From positions 14,514,794-14,572,000 of the forward strand of contig OZ286462.1 of the NCBI GenBank assembly GCA_965644265.1: 57,207 nt of DNA. Reading direction: 5' to 3'. Numbering within the stretch: position 1 is the stretch's first letter; each line of letters begins with the position of its first letter. Origin of the DNA: Glycera tridactyla. Its lineage: Eukaryota. Position numbers and translations under genes: made by a program. The notes under the pieces were generated by a model. That model saw only the letters and a list, made by a program, of their open reading frames with translations. It was not told the origin of the DNA and ran no database searches. Positions 24,526-36,987 of this stretch are shown here, one piece after another.

Positions 24526-25137
24526 ATCTCACACACAAAAGTCAATATCGATCCTGATGAGAATTTCCAGCTCGGAATAGCTCAATCATACAAGTGACAC
24601 GAAGGAGGTTGAAATCATCTGCTGAGTTATCATACCATGATTTAATACAGGAAAAACATGCACTGCTCAATCATTTGTGAGAATTCACAACAAGAAACAA
24701 AAGACAGTTCAGTCCAATATCATCATTGAATCTAATCAATGATATCATGCTTGTTCAGCTATCTTACTAATTTCCGCACCTCATCAGGTGTCAATTGCCT
24801 GATTTACTAAGTGAGGTGAGGCATCCATTTCCGCTGATCTCAGTGAAAATATATAGTTCAGATATCATTCGATTTTGCTTCAACTTAAAGGGCGTCATAC
24901 ACCATGATGGGATTTCATGCCATTCGTCCTGTGTGAGATCGGGAGAGGATTCACTTACATAATGCATTATTTGATTCGTGATCAAGAGGTAATGTGAGGG
25001 TACTATCTGACCACACCCAATCTACTTAGAAGAGCTGAATATAGCATTGCTGTTAACACGATGTGCATTAGGATTTCGTGGGTAGAAGCCTGGCACACCC
25101 GACAAGCTTAGCCCGGTGTTTACTGGCCCGATGCAAG

Positions 25138-27107
25138 ATGCACCCAATAGGATCCCGACATTGTCAGGGCATATCATCTGGGTGCTTCGGAGAACTCAAA
25201 TATATCTATGCTGCACTCAGTTCCCTCCAGGCGAAGACAACTCCTGTCTTGTTCATCCGTATTTGTTTTCAAAGTATATCAGGGAATGTTGGATTTATTG
25301 AGGCTCTATATTTCTAATGGCTTCGTGTTCTGTAATTCAGCCTCTAATCACAACTTGTTCCGATGGCATATTTCTATGTAGGTGAAGTTGATTTGATTAG
25401 ATAAAATATTCATCGAGAGAACATGAGATGATACCAAAGAGTCATATCACAAGGTGATATCACAGTATCAATACATGTACAAATGGATAACATTACAATA
25501 GGCGTATCATGTGCAGAGTGTCTATCAACATTTCATTCCATAGACGCCTCTATTTGAAACGCGACAGAATTTGATTTGATTTGATATTACCTCAACGATG
25601 CAAAAGGCAACTGACAGTGGAGGCTCGAATCAAGTTGATATCACAAAAGATGAACCTTTCACCATATGGAGACTATTCCCATACACAAGATATATAGATG
25701 GTCTCTATTTGAGATCTATTTCTCTATTGTGGCAGCTGAATTACACCGGTAGATCAGACCACGATGTGTCTGTGGTGACAATGTGCTGAATGAACTTGAC
25801 AAGAATAACCAGCAGAAGACGTCGAAGTAATTAAACCGAGTGGACAAGCACCTAGGAACCCCCAATATATCACGAACGTCTGTTGATTCAGGGACCTGAA
25901 ATTACCCCCAATTCTACCACGCCGAGCCCGGTCCCAGCTCTGCCATGCCGTGATCTGCAGCCAGGTGAGGAATGCCCTCTTCCGGTAGAAGTTCGGAAGG
26001 CGTAGGTCTGTCGCATGCGAGATTGCGCGACTGTACTGTGGTAACTCGACCTCGGTCCTCCACCTCCAGCATGCAGGCAAGCGCATTGATTTCAACACAG
26101 TGACAGACTGTGTATGGATGAATGACATCTCAATATATTCGAAACCAAAGTGCACAATCGGATCTCCTGTGAGTCAACAACTGCCTCCGATTTGGTTGTC
26201 ATTTCCGTTTTAGCAGGCAACAATCTCATCGAGGGTATTCTTAAATGTCTTCAGTCCCCAGCCTTCCACCCAACGCTATCTGACAACCATTAAAGTGCTA
26301 AATCTCAGTTCCGAGCAATGCATACGCATCCACTCTACTCCACATGGGTGTAGAGCAGGTGGAGACTGAAGTTCAGTGGTGTGTGCCGAGCAGGCGGAGT
26401 CTGGTGTTCACTGGTGTGTGCCGAGCAGGTGGAGTCTGGTGTTCACTGGTGTGTGTGGAGCAGGCAGAGTCTGGTATTCACTGGTGTGTGTGGAGCAGGT
26501 GGAGTCTGGTGTTGACTGGTGTGTGTGGAGCAGGCGGAGTCTGGTGTTCACTGGTGTGTGTGTGTAGCAGGCGGAGTCTGGTGTTCACTGGTGTGTGTGG
26601 AGCAGGTGGAGTCTGGTGTTCACTGGTGTGTGTGGAGCAGGTGGAGTCTGGTGTTCACTGGTGTGTGTGGAGCAGGTGGAGTCTGGTATTCACTGGTGTG
26701 TGTGAAGCAGGCAGAGTCTGGTATTCACTGGTGTGTGTGGGGCAGGCGGAGTCCGGTGTTCTCTGGTGTGTGTGGGGCAGGCATGGCCTGGTGTTCACCG
26801 GTGTGTGTGGAGCAGGTGGAGTCTGGTGTTCCATGGTGTGTGTGGAGCAGGTGGAGTCTGGTATTCACTGGTGTGTGTGGGGCAGGCGGAGTCCGGTGTT
26901 CTCTGGTGTGTGTGTGGAGCAGGCACAGCCTGATGTTGAAGCCCAAATCAATATGCACCCAACAGGTTGATTGCAAGGGTCGAACATCCCAGAAATGTCA
27001 GGGCGAATTATCTGGGTGCTTTCTGAGGTAACAATCTCATCAAGCGTATTCTTAAGTGTTAAATTCCAGCTCCGGGCAATGTGTACGCATCCACTCTACT
27101 TCACATG
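25138..27107. repeat. Old local duplication, A-(1023 bp)-B-[minisatellite]-A'B'
   Basis: A 25138-25192 resembles A' 26953-27027; B 26216-26346 resembles B' 27028-27107 (about 50 bp deleted in B'). Confidence 0.8.
26350..26925. repeat. GC/GT-rich minisatellite, ~37-bp unit, ~15 copies
   Basis: Consensus GTGGAGCAGGTGGAGTCTGGTGTTCACTGGTGTGTGT; accounts for ORFs 26344..26970, 26519..27031 and neighbours. Confidence 0.95.
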
Positions 27108-27172
27108 TGCATGTACTGCTCCTGGGAAACACAGCACCTAAGAAAAAGACAGTCACAAGGAGAGCTCTAGAG

Positions 27173-27300
27173 NNNNNNNNNNNNNNNNNNNNNNNNNNNN
27201 NNNNNNNNNNNNNNNNNNNNNNNNNNNNNNNNNNNNNNNNNNNNNNNNNNNNNNNNNNNNNNNNNNNNNNNNNNNNNNNNNNNNNNNNNNNNNNNNNNNN
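27173..27300. other. Assembly gap (128 N)
   Basis: N run. Confidence 0.99.
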
Positions 27301-29544
27301 TGGTGTATGGAGCCTCATCTTGGGAAAACATGTTGTCTAGGTGTGCGTCAGAGAAGACAATATCATTGCCAATCATTTCGTAACGAATAGTATTGCCGAA
27401 AGGTAAAGCTTACGGCCAAATACATCACATTCTATTTTCTATTTTCAGACGGTGATAGGTCTGCCTCCATATCTATCTCGAAGCTGATGTCCCAGATATA
27501 TTGTGTTTCTACTCTGTCCTGAATGCCGAAATCAGAATCATATAGGAAATGAGCGACTTTTTGAAGATTATCACCTCCACCACCATCATCATCTTCATTT
27601 ATTATTCAGGTCCTTTTATCTCCTACTTCTCTCAGACTCCAGGCAAGAATGTGATAATAACTCCAGGTCATTGCATCTGGAGAAAAGATTGAGTAACATG
27701 GTAATTATATCAGTTTATTTTCTGTCATAACACGTGACATTTACCATGGTCTACAGCCACCGCAGCACTTTCCCTGAACTATCTTGCGTTGTTCGGAAAT
27801 TGGCCTGATATATACATACGTATACCTACATATACCCGAATGAAACGTATTTGTCGCGACGTTTTACTGAGTCACTGCTCCACATGTTTCACAGGATGCA
27901 AGTAGTAGTAGGCCTAGTCGACAGGTGCATCAGCGCACATAATGGCAATTCCATGCAGCAAAATCATGATTACGTTAGTGATAAGGAGAGGTTGAAATAT
28001 AATATCATCTGTAGTGATCATCAGCAACCCAGCTTGTATATCACAGACGTCACTCAGTTGCTAATCACCGGAGTTTATTGGGTACAAATGGGCCGCGGTG
28101 TGTGATGACCTTTGAGCCATCTACTTTGACCAAAACATATGATTGGGGTGCTCAGGCTACGGCCCGCGACACCAATAGTTCACAGTTGGAAGCTGGAATG
28201 GGAGCCTGGTTCTTTGTAAGGCAGCCATCAGTTAGCGAGTGAATTACACGTTGGAGGTCGTTTGGTTGCTTGCTCCCACCTTTTTTTTCTATCGGGAATA
28301 TTCTGACCTAAATGTACCATCATCATTTCTTCTCTGAATATTTTTTCGGGGGGGGGGCGGCTAAAGTGTGCACCATGACTTTCAAATTCTCCATCACCTG
28401 TCGTCGGGAATTTCCCATCCCGACTTCTTCATAAATTATTCTTTCTTCCTGCAGATTCATTTTAGCCCTCTTAGCTCCACTCATATTCTTCTATGATATG
28501 ATTTCTTATGTAGCTAGCTGTCGTTATGCCTATCTCATACTACTACTATGCAAAACGTGGGTACCAGGCTCTGTGATAGGGTTGTTACGAATGGTGATGA
28601 TACTGTACTACGAAAGCAAAGGATTGTGAAGTTGGCTTGTCAACGGCTTCTTACTCGACTATTTGGTTGCGATGGATTCCCTTGTCTCGAAAATTGTACT
28701 TGATTGTTGAACAGCAGCGAGACACATATTTTGTCATGCCATTGACTGGGGGATGTGTATAATTATCTATAAGTAGATATGTGGCTAAACTGATATCTAC
28801 TTCCACTTGACCAACTTTCTGAGCCCCAGTAATCGTATGTTATGGGTCGGTGGGAGTGGTGCCAGCAGGGTGAGTGGCGTGCACCAAGAGTCAAATAGTC
28901 GACCACCACCAATCTTTTCCAGCTAGTATGAACCATCCGACATATCATGTGAGATGGTACCTTAAACATTTCATCGAAGGTGGATGTCCCCCAAGAAAGA
29001 ATCCCATTTAGATCCAGTGGACTGGAAATATTGTTAAGAAATGTAATAAGATAATGGAAATATAACAAGATAAGAGTGGACCAAGTGATGACGACCCCTA
29101 TTAGGTAGTCGGTGGATGTCTTGCAAGCATCAGCTGGCTGTCTTATGACGTCCATGGTATGAACCTTGGTCGATATATTCAAGACTCGACAATTTTGGCC
29201 GGTCTCAGAAAATGAGGAAATGATGTGAAAATCACCGATACACAGGGTATGATGGGAAGAGAACTAGGACAAAGACTACGATAAAAACACTTGGCACCTT
29301 GGTCAGCTTTTGGCGTGTCATGATTGGTGGTGTGGATGGAAAATATGGCCGGACATGTGGATAAGTGTATATCCATACGATAGGGACAGACATGACCAGG
29401 GGCAGATCTATTAGAGTGGAAGAGCATTATCATCTTTCATCAGCTTCGAAATGAGAGAGAGAATCCTGGCATTGTATTACTGTCATTGATAACATGATTT
29501 GAAACTAAATGGAGATGTCAATATCAAATCATGTTGCTTGTCAA

Positions 29545-30416
29545 ACTCTTCACGTATATCCATTGATATAGTAAGAGCAATCCATGCGATAAGGAAAGGT
29601 TCGTGTTCCATTTCACAACAGGCATTCACGACTCTTCATGTATATTCATTGATATAGTGAGAGCAATCCATGCGATAAGGCGAGGTTCGTGTTCCATTTC
29701 ACAACAGGCATTCACGACTCTTCATGTATATCCATTGATATAGTAAGAGCAATCCATGCGATAAGGCAAGGTTTGTGTTTCATGTCACAACAGGCATTCA
29801 CGACCTTTCACGTATATTCATTGATATAGTAAGAGTAATCCATGCGATAAGGCAAGGTTTGTGTTTCATGTCACAACAGGCATTCACGACCTTTCACGTA
29901 TATTCATTGATATAGTAAGAGCAATCCATCTGATAAGGCAAGGTTTGTGTTCCATGTCACAACAGGCATTCATGACTCTTTACGTATATTTATTGATATA
30001 GTAAGAGCAATCCATCTGATAAGGCAAGGTTCGTGTTCCATTTCACAACAGGCATTCACGACTCTTCACGTATATTCATTGATATAGTAAGAGCAATCCA
30101 TCTGATAAGGCAAGGTTTGTGTTCCATGTCACAACAGGCATTCATGACTCTTCACGTATATTCATTGATATAGTAAGAGCAATCCATCTGATAAGGCAAG
30201 GTTTGTGTTCCATGTCACAACAGGCATTCACGACTCTTCACGTATATTCATTGATATAGTAAGAGCAATCCATCTGATAAGGCAAGGTTTGTGTTCCATG
30301 TCACAACAGGCATTCATGACTCTTCACGTATATTCATTGATATAGTAAGAGCAATCTATGCGATAAGGCGAGGTTTGTGTTCTATTTCACGACAGGCGTT
30401 CACGACTTTTCACATA
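29545..30416. repeat. Minisatellite, 86-bp unit, ~10 copies
   Basis: GTAAGAGCAATCCA at 30001 and 30087; unit ~ACTCTTCACGTATATTCATTGATATAGTAAGAGCAATCCATCTGATAAGGCAAGGTTTGTGTTCCATGTCACAACAGGCATTCACG. Confidence 0.96.
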
Positions 30417-33400
30417 TGGCAATAGATGCATCGCAGGCAATACATGGCTGTGCACTAGGCTGGAATTCAGGCGTTTCAGTTTAGATGCCATATGGTAGAT
30501 TGCAGGTTAATGATCACTGACAGGCTCCAGAAACAGGGGTAGTGTCAATGGTAGCCAAGGTGGCTGCCCCGGCTGGATTTTGTCAGATCTGGGCTATAAT
30601 TTTCATCCTTTTTGACATTTATATCCCTGAAAACTTATGTGAATGTCCATGAATCCGGGTCAGGCATATATTTGTGATTGACTTTCTAGACTGTGAGGTT
30701 GGTTGCACTATATAATCTTGTGTTACTGTCTTAACTTTCTGTGAAAAACACAGGTCTTAATTTCGAGGTTCTGTGCATGAATGGTGGCTCATATAGGAGA
30801 TTACCTATTGGGTGATTCGATAACCTAATTATCTATACACAATTGATGAACAGAAACTCAGGGCCATCAGGTAGTTATTAGTTCTGGATACATTTTCCAT
30901 GTGTGCATGCGTGAATGCATGCTTCGGTGCAAGTGTACATGTTTCAGTATGTGTTTGTGGGAAGGTAAGTGAGGATCATTCCTGCAAGCATGAATCCTAG
31001 ACATTCATCTAAAACTATCTACAAAGATACATTCATTCAGTTGAGGTGAGTGGCCATAATGCAAGCACATTTTGTTAGGTTTTCATCATTTTCATATGTG
31101 ACAGTCTCAGTAACGTATCAGGTGTTCAGTAGTGCGTGTGATACTAATATGTGTGTAATGTATAATTTGTGTAGCCAAGTGGCTCACGAACCAACTTCAG
31201 CATCTTGATGAACGAAAACTTGTCATCTTAAGCGGTCAAGCTTATGAATATGCATAGCCTAGCGACATAGGGCGTGGCCTATCCAAATGAAAATTTAACA
31301 TAATCGTAGGGAACTTACACCACGTTAAGGTTTCTCGAAGGATTGCGTTTCTGATGGAAGCATCCGGGTTTCATTCATTGGGGCAGAGCCGTTTAATCAT
31401 TTATCTCGATATTCCTATGAATATTTGAGCACATATCTTTGAGATTCCTTCTCATAACGGCCAGGTCACTGATGTAGCTCACTCGATGTCTTTGTTATAT
31501 TCCAGATTGATATCTATGACCATTTCGTTGAGTGAAGTGGACGAAGTAGCTTAGAATTATTCAGGATTAGCTACCTTATATATATATATCAATATTAGAA
31601 GAAAGGTCGCCATGGATACCTGTTAGAGTATTATCGGCTTAATTTTGACGATAATGAAGAGTAGCTGTTCTGAGACCTACAATTCCTCATGATTACTCTC
31701 ACTACTTGGATTGGGATCACCCCCCTACTTTTATCCTCTTTTGACCAATTAGGTGGACACGTTCCACTCATGTGAAGCCTGTCCCGACCCACTTTTCAAT
31801 TTAATTCAAATTCTTTATTGCAGCCTTATCAATTACAATCAACATCGGTACTACATTTGCAAAAAAGTTACTACAACAACACCTACATATATACATGTAC
31901 AAAGAAAGTAGCATGCTTTATGTAGTATTCAATTGCTTTGATTTTGTGGTGTGACATGAACGCATTGTCAAACAATGTTTTTCAGTGATCATACTCAGTT
32001 GAAAGGAGAGTATTTTGTTGTGGATACATGTCTCAGGAATATTAGCTCTCGTAGACAGCTGACCTTTGTGTAGAGAAGGTCTCTTGGGCTGGTTCCGCCA
32101 TACGTAAATTGTACTTGAGAAAACTATGCCAGGTCAACCCCCGTGAGGCCGTGGACTGATATTTCAGCTGAAAATGAAACGAATGAAGAAGCTTCTAGCA
32201 TCACCTATAATGTTGCTTGGTGAATTAGCTACAATCAGATCTCCCTCAGTTGACAGCTTTGAAATGTTCCGACTTGACATATCTATCCTCCCCTTTCTAT
32301 CCCACAGTGCAGACAGACACTTCCCACCGTGACATCCTGAAAATGAAATTAGTCAGTTCATTTCTGTTTGCTTCGTTCGATCCAATACGAAAAAGGACGA
32401 ATAATTCAGACATTGATACATACCAACTTCAGAACTAGACAATTCACTCCACAATAATTGTATATCTGGGCCAATCATTTTGACAAAATACTGTATGTAG
32501 AGACAGGTTGAACGGTGATGATAATATATGTCAAACATGACTAGTTGTGGAAAGTATTTCACTTGATAAAGTTTCTCACTTGTTTTAGAAATGTTTGAAA
32601 ACAAGTGACAGAAGAGCAGAAGAGCATCATTATGGATAAATCCCACTTGAGTTAGATCCTGTCGACAAGTGAGCGTCTTCCTCTTTTGTAACCATGGATA
32701 CCAACCGTAGATATCGTTGGATGAGAGTGCTGCTCATTCCATATGGACCTCGAGTGTTCATAGGTGGTATCAAATGGAATTCCCTTGTCAGAGTAATCCA
32801 CTTAAAATAGCAGCTCAATTCGAGATAGATACTCCATATATTCAACGCAAACTCTTACATCCCAGAAGATGATCTTATCCGATCTGATTAGAAACAAGGA
32901 ATATGTAGCATGTGAGGTAGTGATAACACATGGATTTCCCCTTGAGGAATCCAATTTCTGGTTCCCATTGCTGATTAGATCCAATGAAAGGAGATGTTCT
33001 GAACCATCTTATCTCCAATTGAAAAATTAAATTGTAGTGAAAAGGCTTGATTCTATCATGGGTCACAATATCTCGTTGGAGTTAGAAATCAAAAGATGCA
33101 AATACTAGCATTTTATGAATCGGTATTGTTGCGTCATCGAATTCTACCATTACGTCACACATTTCACTTAGTTGGCTTCATATGAGAGGACATCTGCAGC
33201 TAGAAGCGTGTTGTCTGTCTATCTATGATATCTGGCATCTACTGTGGCAATTCTTAGTCTGGTCTCTATCATGGAGGTCAATTGTTGTCCACATGCAATC
33301 TGGTCATATCCCAGCGTACCATGATGATTCACACACATCTAGTGTCCATCTCAATCTCTATCAATGTTGTAGTCATTATGATCTTGATTTGGTGATGTGG

Positions 33401-35653
33401 TCATGATGCGTCTCTGCAAGTTAGAGTGACAGTAATAATGACATTGCCAATAAATCTCTGTCACTGTAATGCTGCTCAGAGGTTTAGATTTGTGAATATG
33501 CAACGAGAAAGCACCAAGTGCGAGGATAAATCGAAGCTATACATATGCTGGTAGATTTGTTCAGTAGGACAATCCTGGCTGTGGTGAGTCTGAACCTTAT
33601 TTAGCGTGAAAACCAACTTTAATGAAATCTAGTCAACCCCCTTTTCCATTGAAATGATCAAAGAAGTGATTTTTTCCAAGATTGCGTCTGCATTGATGTC
33701 ATTGTCTTTAACTTGAGATAGCTATCTCCTTCAAAATTGACACCAATCGCGTCAATCTGAGTTGCTGCAGAATAGAAAGTCTTGCATGAAGGTCAACCTT
33801 TGACACCTCTTATTGCCTCCGAACATCCGCCAATTTGACTCTGATTATGATAATCACCCGTTGAATTTGGTTTAGGAACAATAGCTGCCAGTCCACATCA
33901 GGCTCGAATATGACAGAATGTTGGCAAATGCTGTTCTAGCACATTGTGTTACGTGAGGTACAATATCGGTGATCATGTTGTCATTTCAGCTGCCCTTCTG
34001 TCAGGTTGTTCGAATCAAATATGGCCGCCTCGGTGGCTCCACCCTGTCTGGTTAACAAATGCCTTCAACTAGTAGACACGGGTTGTTGATACCCACATTT
34101 TGAAGTATTAGTTTTCAAGTCATAGCAGAATTCATGCGGCCCTTATAATACCGGTATGTGGGATCAGAGCGGAATCAAGCTAACTGACAGACTTTGCTTG
34201 CACCTCCAGCGATGAAGTCTCTCCTCATATTCGACCCCAGCTTGTCGGTCATCTCATTCTCATTGCTTGCTTTGAGGGGGTGGCGTTCGTATGAAGCATA
34301 CGTCCGCCTGTCCACAATTTCACGCGGGAAGAGGAGCCAATGATGTCGGCAGAGTCACAGAGTGAATGCGATCAAAATGTGATTGATTGAGAAATTGCAA
34401 CTCTTGCATGTGGAACCGAAGCATTACATACTGATTTGATATACACTCAAAGCCTTCTGTGAAGACCATCAAAAAGTGGCCTTCATAGGGAGGTGGTTCA
34501 GGCGGTCTTTACAGGGAGGTGGACTTTAGAGGAGTTCAACAGTACTACAATCATATGACTGGTGACGCAGAATCATAATGATTTTTCACCGGCATACGTA
34601 GGTGATCACTTTGCATATTATTTGGATGCTTAGTCATGACATCTTACGGGTTACTCCACTAATGAAATCCAATGAAATATCAGACAAATCACTTCAAATG
34701 TTATTATTCACGAATGATTGATACGTGACTGTGACGTAACTTAGGGGAGTTCGTATATTTGTGACGCAATCAAAGTACATGTGACGCAATGAAGCTATCT
34801 TGCCGGTTGGCAATTAGGAACCGCCCTAATTTAATTGTAGTCATGTACACCGACATGACATAACAATAACTCATCAAGCTCCGAAAGTACCAATTACAAC
34901 CACTGTCACTCATGGGAATTATATAATATCTAGAGAAATTACTTCATCATTCGCAGGCTGATGCATGATATGAGTTGACACATCCACCTGAGAAATCCGA
35001 TATTTCCTGGCATGAAGTCTCCTGAAGATCAATGAGAAAAATTGAGCTAATAAGTCATTTTGCAGTCGGTAATCCGTAGTAGAATCCAAATTACCATCTT
35101 GTCAACGCTCGAGTAGCTTTATTGTCGGAGCTAGAGAGTGATTCGATGTGCAGATCCATCACTCTCTCTGCAGACAGGACACTAAAACTTGAATGTGCAA
35201 ATTCAATTCATCTTATATCAATCAGAAGAAGTCGAAGGAGTGTAGTTAACGAAGAAAGCATACCATCTCAAAGTATTTGGATGATAAGGGTCATTTCACG
35301 ACTTCTAGTTGTGGGGATTCATATTCCAAGCTGGCTCTGAGACGGACGTCGAATTTAATTTGATTTGATTCGATTTTCCTCATTTCAGTTCGTCCTTCAT
35401 ACAATGTATATACAGTTACCCTATCCTGGGGTGTTCTTAGGTGGATAAATACAGTATGCAATATATGATGGAAGAATCTGGCTTGACATCAGAGTCTAAG
35501 AAATCACCAAAGTGATATTGTAAAAAAACACCCAAACATGTATTGAAGGAATGAGTGATTGGTCACATCTCTGTTGTAACTTCAAGCAGCACAAATCGGG
35601 ATGGTTCATATCATTCCGCTGAAAAGGTGCTTGATTATAGGGAGAAGTACTGC

Positions 35654-35742
35654 CCGGGTGTGATCGGCGTTTTTCCCAAAGAGGTGCGCCGACAGCCGCC
35701 CGTCAGACCGAGTTGGGAGAAAAACAAGCCAATCACACCCGG
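35654..35742. repeat. Imperfect ~28-bp inverted repeat (second copy 43914-44002)
   Basis: CCGGGTGTGATCGGCGTTTTTCCCAA pairs with TTGGGAGAAAAACAAGCCAATCACACCCGG. Confidence 0.75.
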
Positions 35743-36218
35743 CTAATACTTCTTACTTTTCTCTCACGACTTTATCGATATTATTAGGAAGAAATGTAAC
35801 ATGATTATCAAAAAGAGAGATGTCAACTGAGCCGCTGCCGCCGTAGCCGGCGAAGTGTCTGCTTGTGTTGCGAGAGGCCTGTCGCAGACGATCCAAAACT
35901 AGGGTTTAAATGAGTTTGTTTGTTTCGATGAATTAACTAAAAATATTGCTTTCAATATTGATAAATCTACTATCGAGAATGGAATAATATCTTTTGTCGG
36001 ACTTGCAACATGTTCATTCGTGAAAATAATGGTCAACAGCGGGTAAAAAGCTTGTTTTGGTGCATTCGTTCGTTCCAATTGATTGCCGGCAGCTGCGGCG
36101 TAAACAAATCACGCTCGGCAATTGGCAATGTTCGGCACACACCCAGAAATAGCCGAGTCGGGTGATCACTTTCAGCAGGGTGTGATCTTGATGATTAACT
36201 ATGACCGCGCGCGCTCGA

Positions 36219-36272
36219 TCGGCGCTACCACGTCCGACACACAAGTGTTGGCGGAGGACGTGGTAGCGCCGA
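36219..36272. repeat. Perfect 17-bp-stem hairpin (second copy 44479-44532)
   Basis: TCGGCGCTACCACGTCC (36219-36235) / GGACGTGGTAGCGCCGA (36256-36272), 20-nt loop. Confidence 0.92.
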
Positions 36273-36641
36273 GCAAGCAGCGCGGGAGGGGTTAATCATA
36301 GTTCTTCCACACCATTATTGAATGATAAATGTCTAAATAACACTGATCACTGCTGATTAATTCCGAAAAACCTGTAAACTTGTCAGAATATAGCCAGGAA
36401 AACAGACAACATTGAATATGTGTATGGGTCTGATATCACCAGGATAGGGTTGAGATGAGTTAGCTCTCCAAAAAGAAATCGAGTCACATCATGATAGATC
36501 TTAATCAAAATATGAACAAACATATCAAACTGTGAGTTTATTGTGAAATGACTGAGAAAATATGTTTAATCGAGAGTACTCCAATCTGAATAATCATGCA
36601 TACAGAGTAGCGGCTCTGTCGGCGAAACAGAGAACTAGGAA

Positions 36642-36987
36642 GGAGGACCGGGGTCGCGCTACCACAGTCCTTGAGCACTATCTTACATGCCATGAGCATA
36701 CCCCCTCCGAACCTCGGCGGGAGATGCGACGACGTGGAGGGAGTGGGCCCACTAACGATCACAGCGCAAGAGGACTGTAATCCGCTCTGGCGTGGTAGAA
36801 CACCGTGTTCTACCACGCCAGAGCGGACCACAGTCCTACGGTGCTGTGATCTCGAGTGGGCGCACTCTCTCTGGGATGTCAGCAGCCGGCTGGCAATTGT
36901 GGCTCTTCTCGCAAAAGTTCGGAGGGAGTGTGCGCATTGAATGTAAGTTCGCGTGGGAGTACTGTGGTAGCGCGACCCCGGTCCTCC
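36642..36987. mobile_element. Foldback/MITE-like element: 346-bp imperfect palindrome with perfect 27-bp TIRs (copy 1)
   Basis: GGAGGACCGGGGTCGCGCTACCACAGT (36642-36668) is the exact reverse complement of 36961-36987; central perfect 23-bp stem with a 1-nt loop (36781-36827); intermediate arms are also complementary. Confidence 0.8.

Noticed and set aside
26344-27031. 208-aa and 170-aa ORFs
   Set aside because: They are translations of the stop-poor 37-bp minisatellite; the unit is not a multiple of 3, so the peptide cycles through frames.
33040-33075. IVTHDRIKPF as a Gypsy integrase C-terminal motif
   Set aside because: Isolated match with no upstream GPY/F or integrase core.
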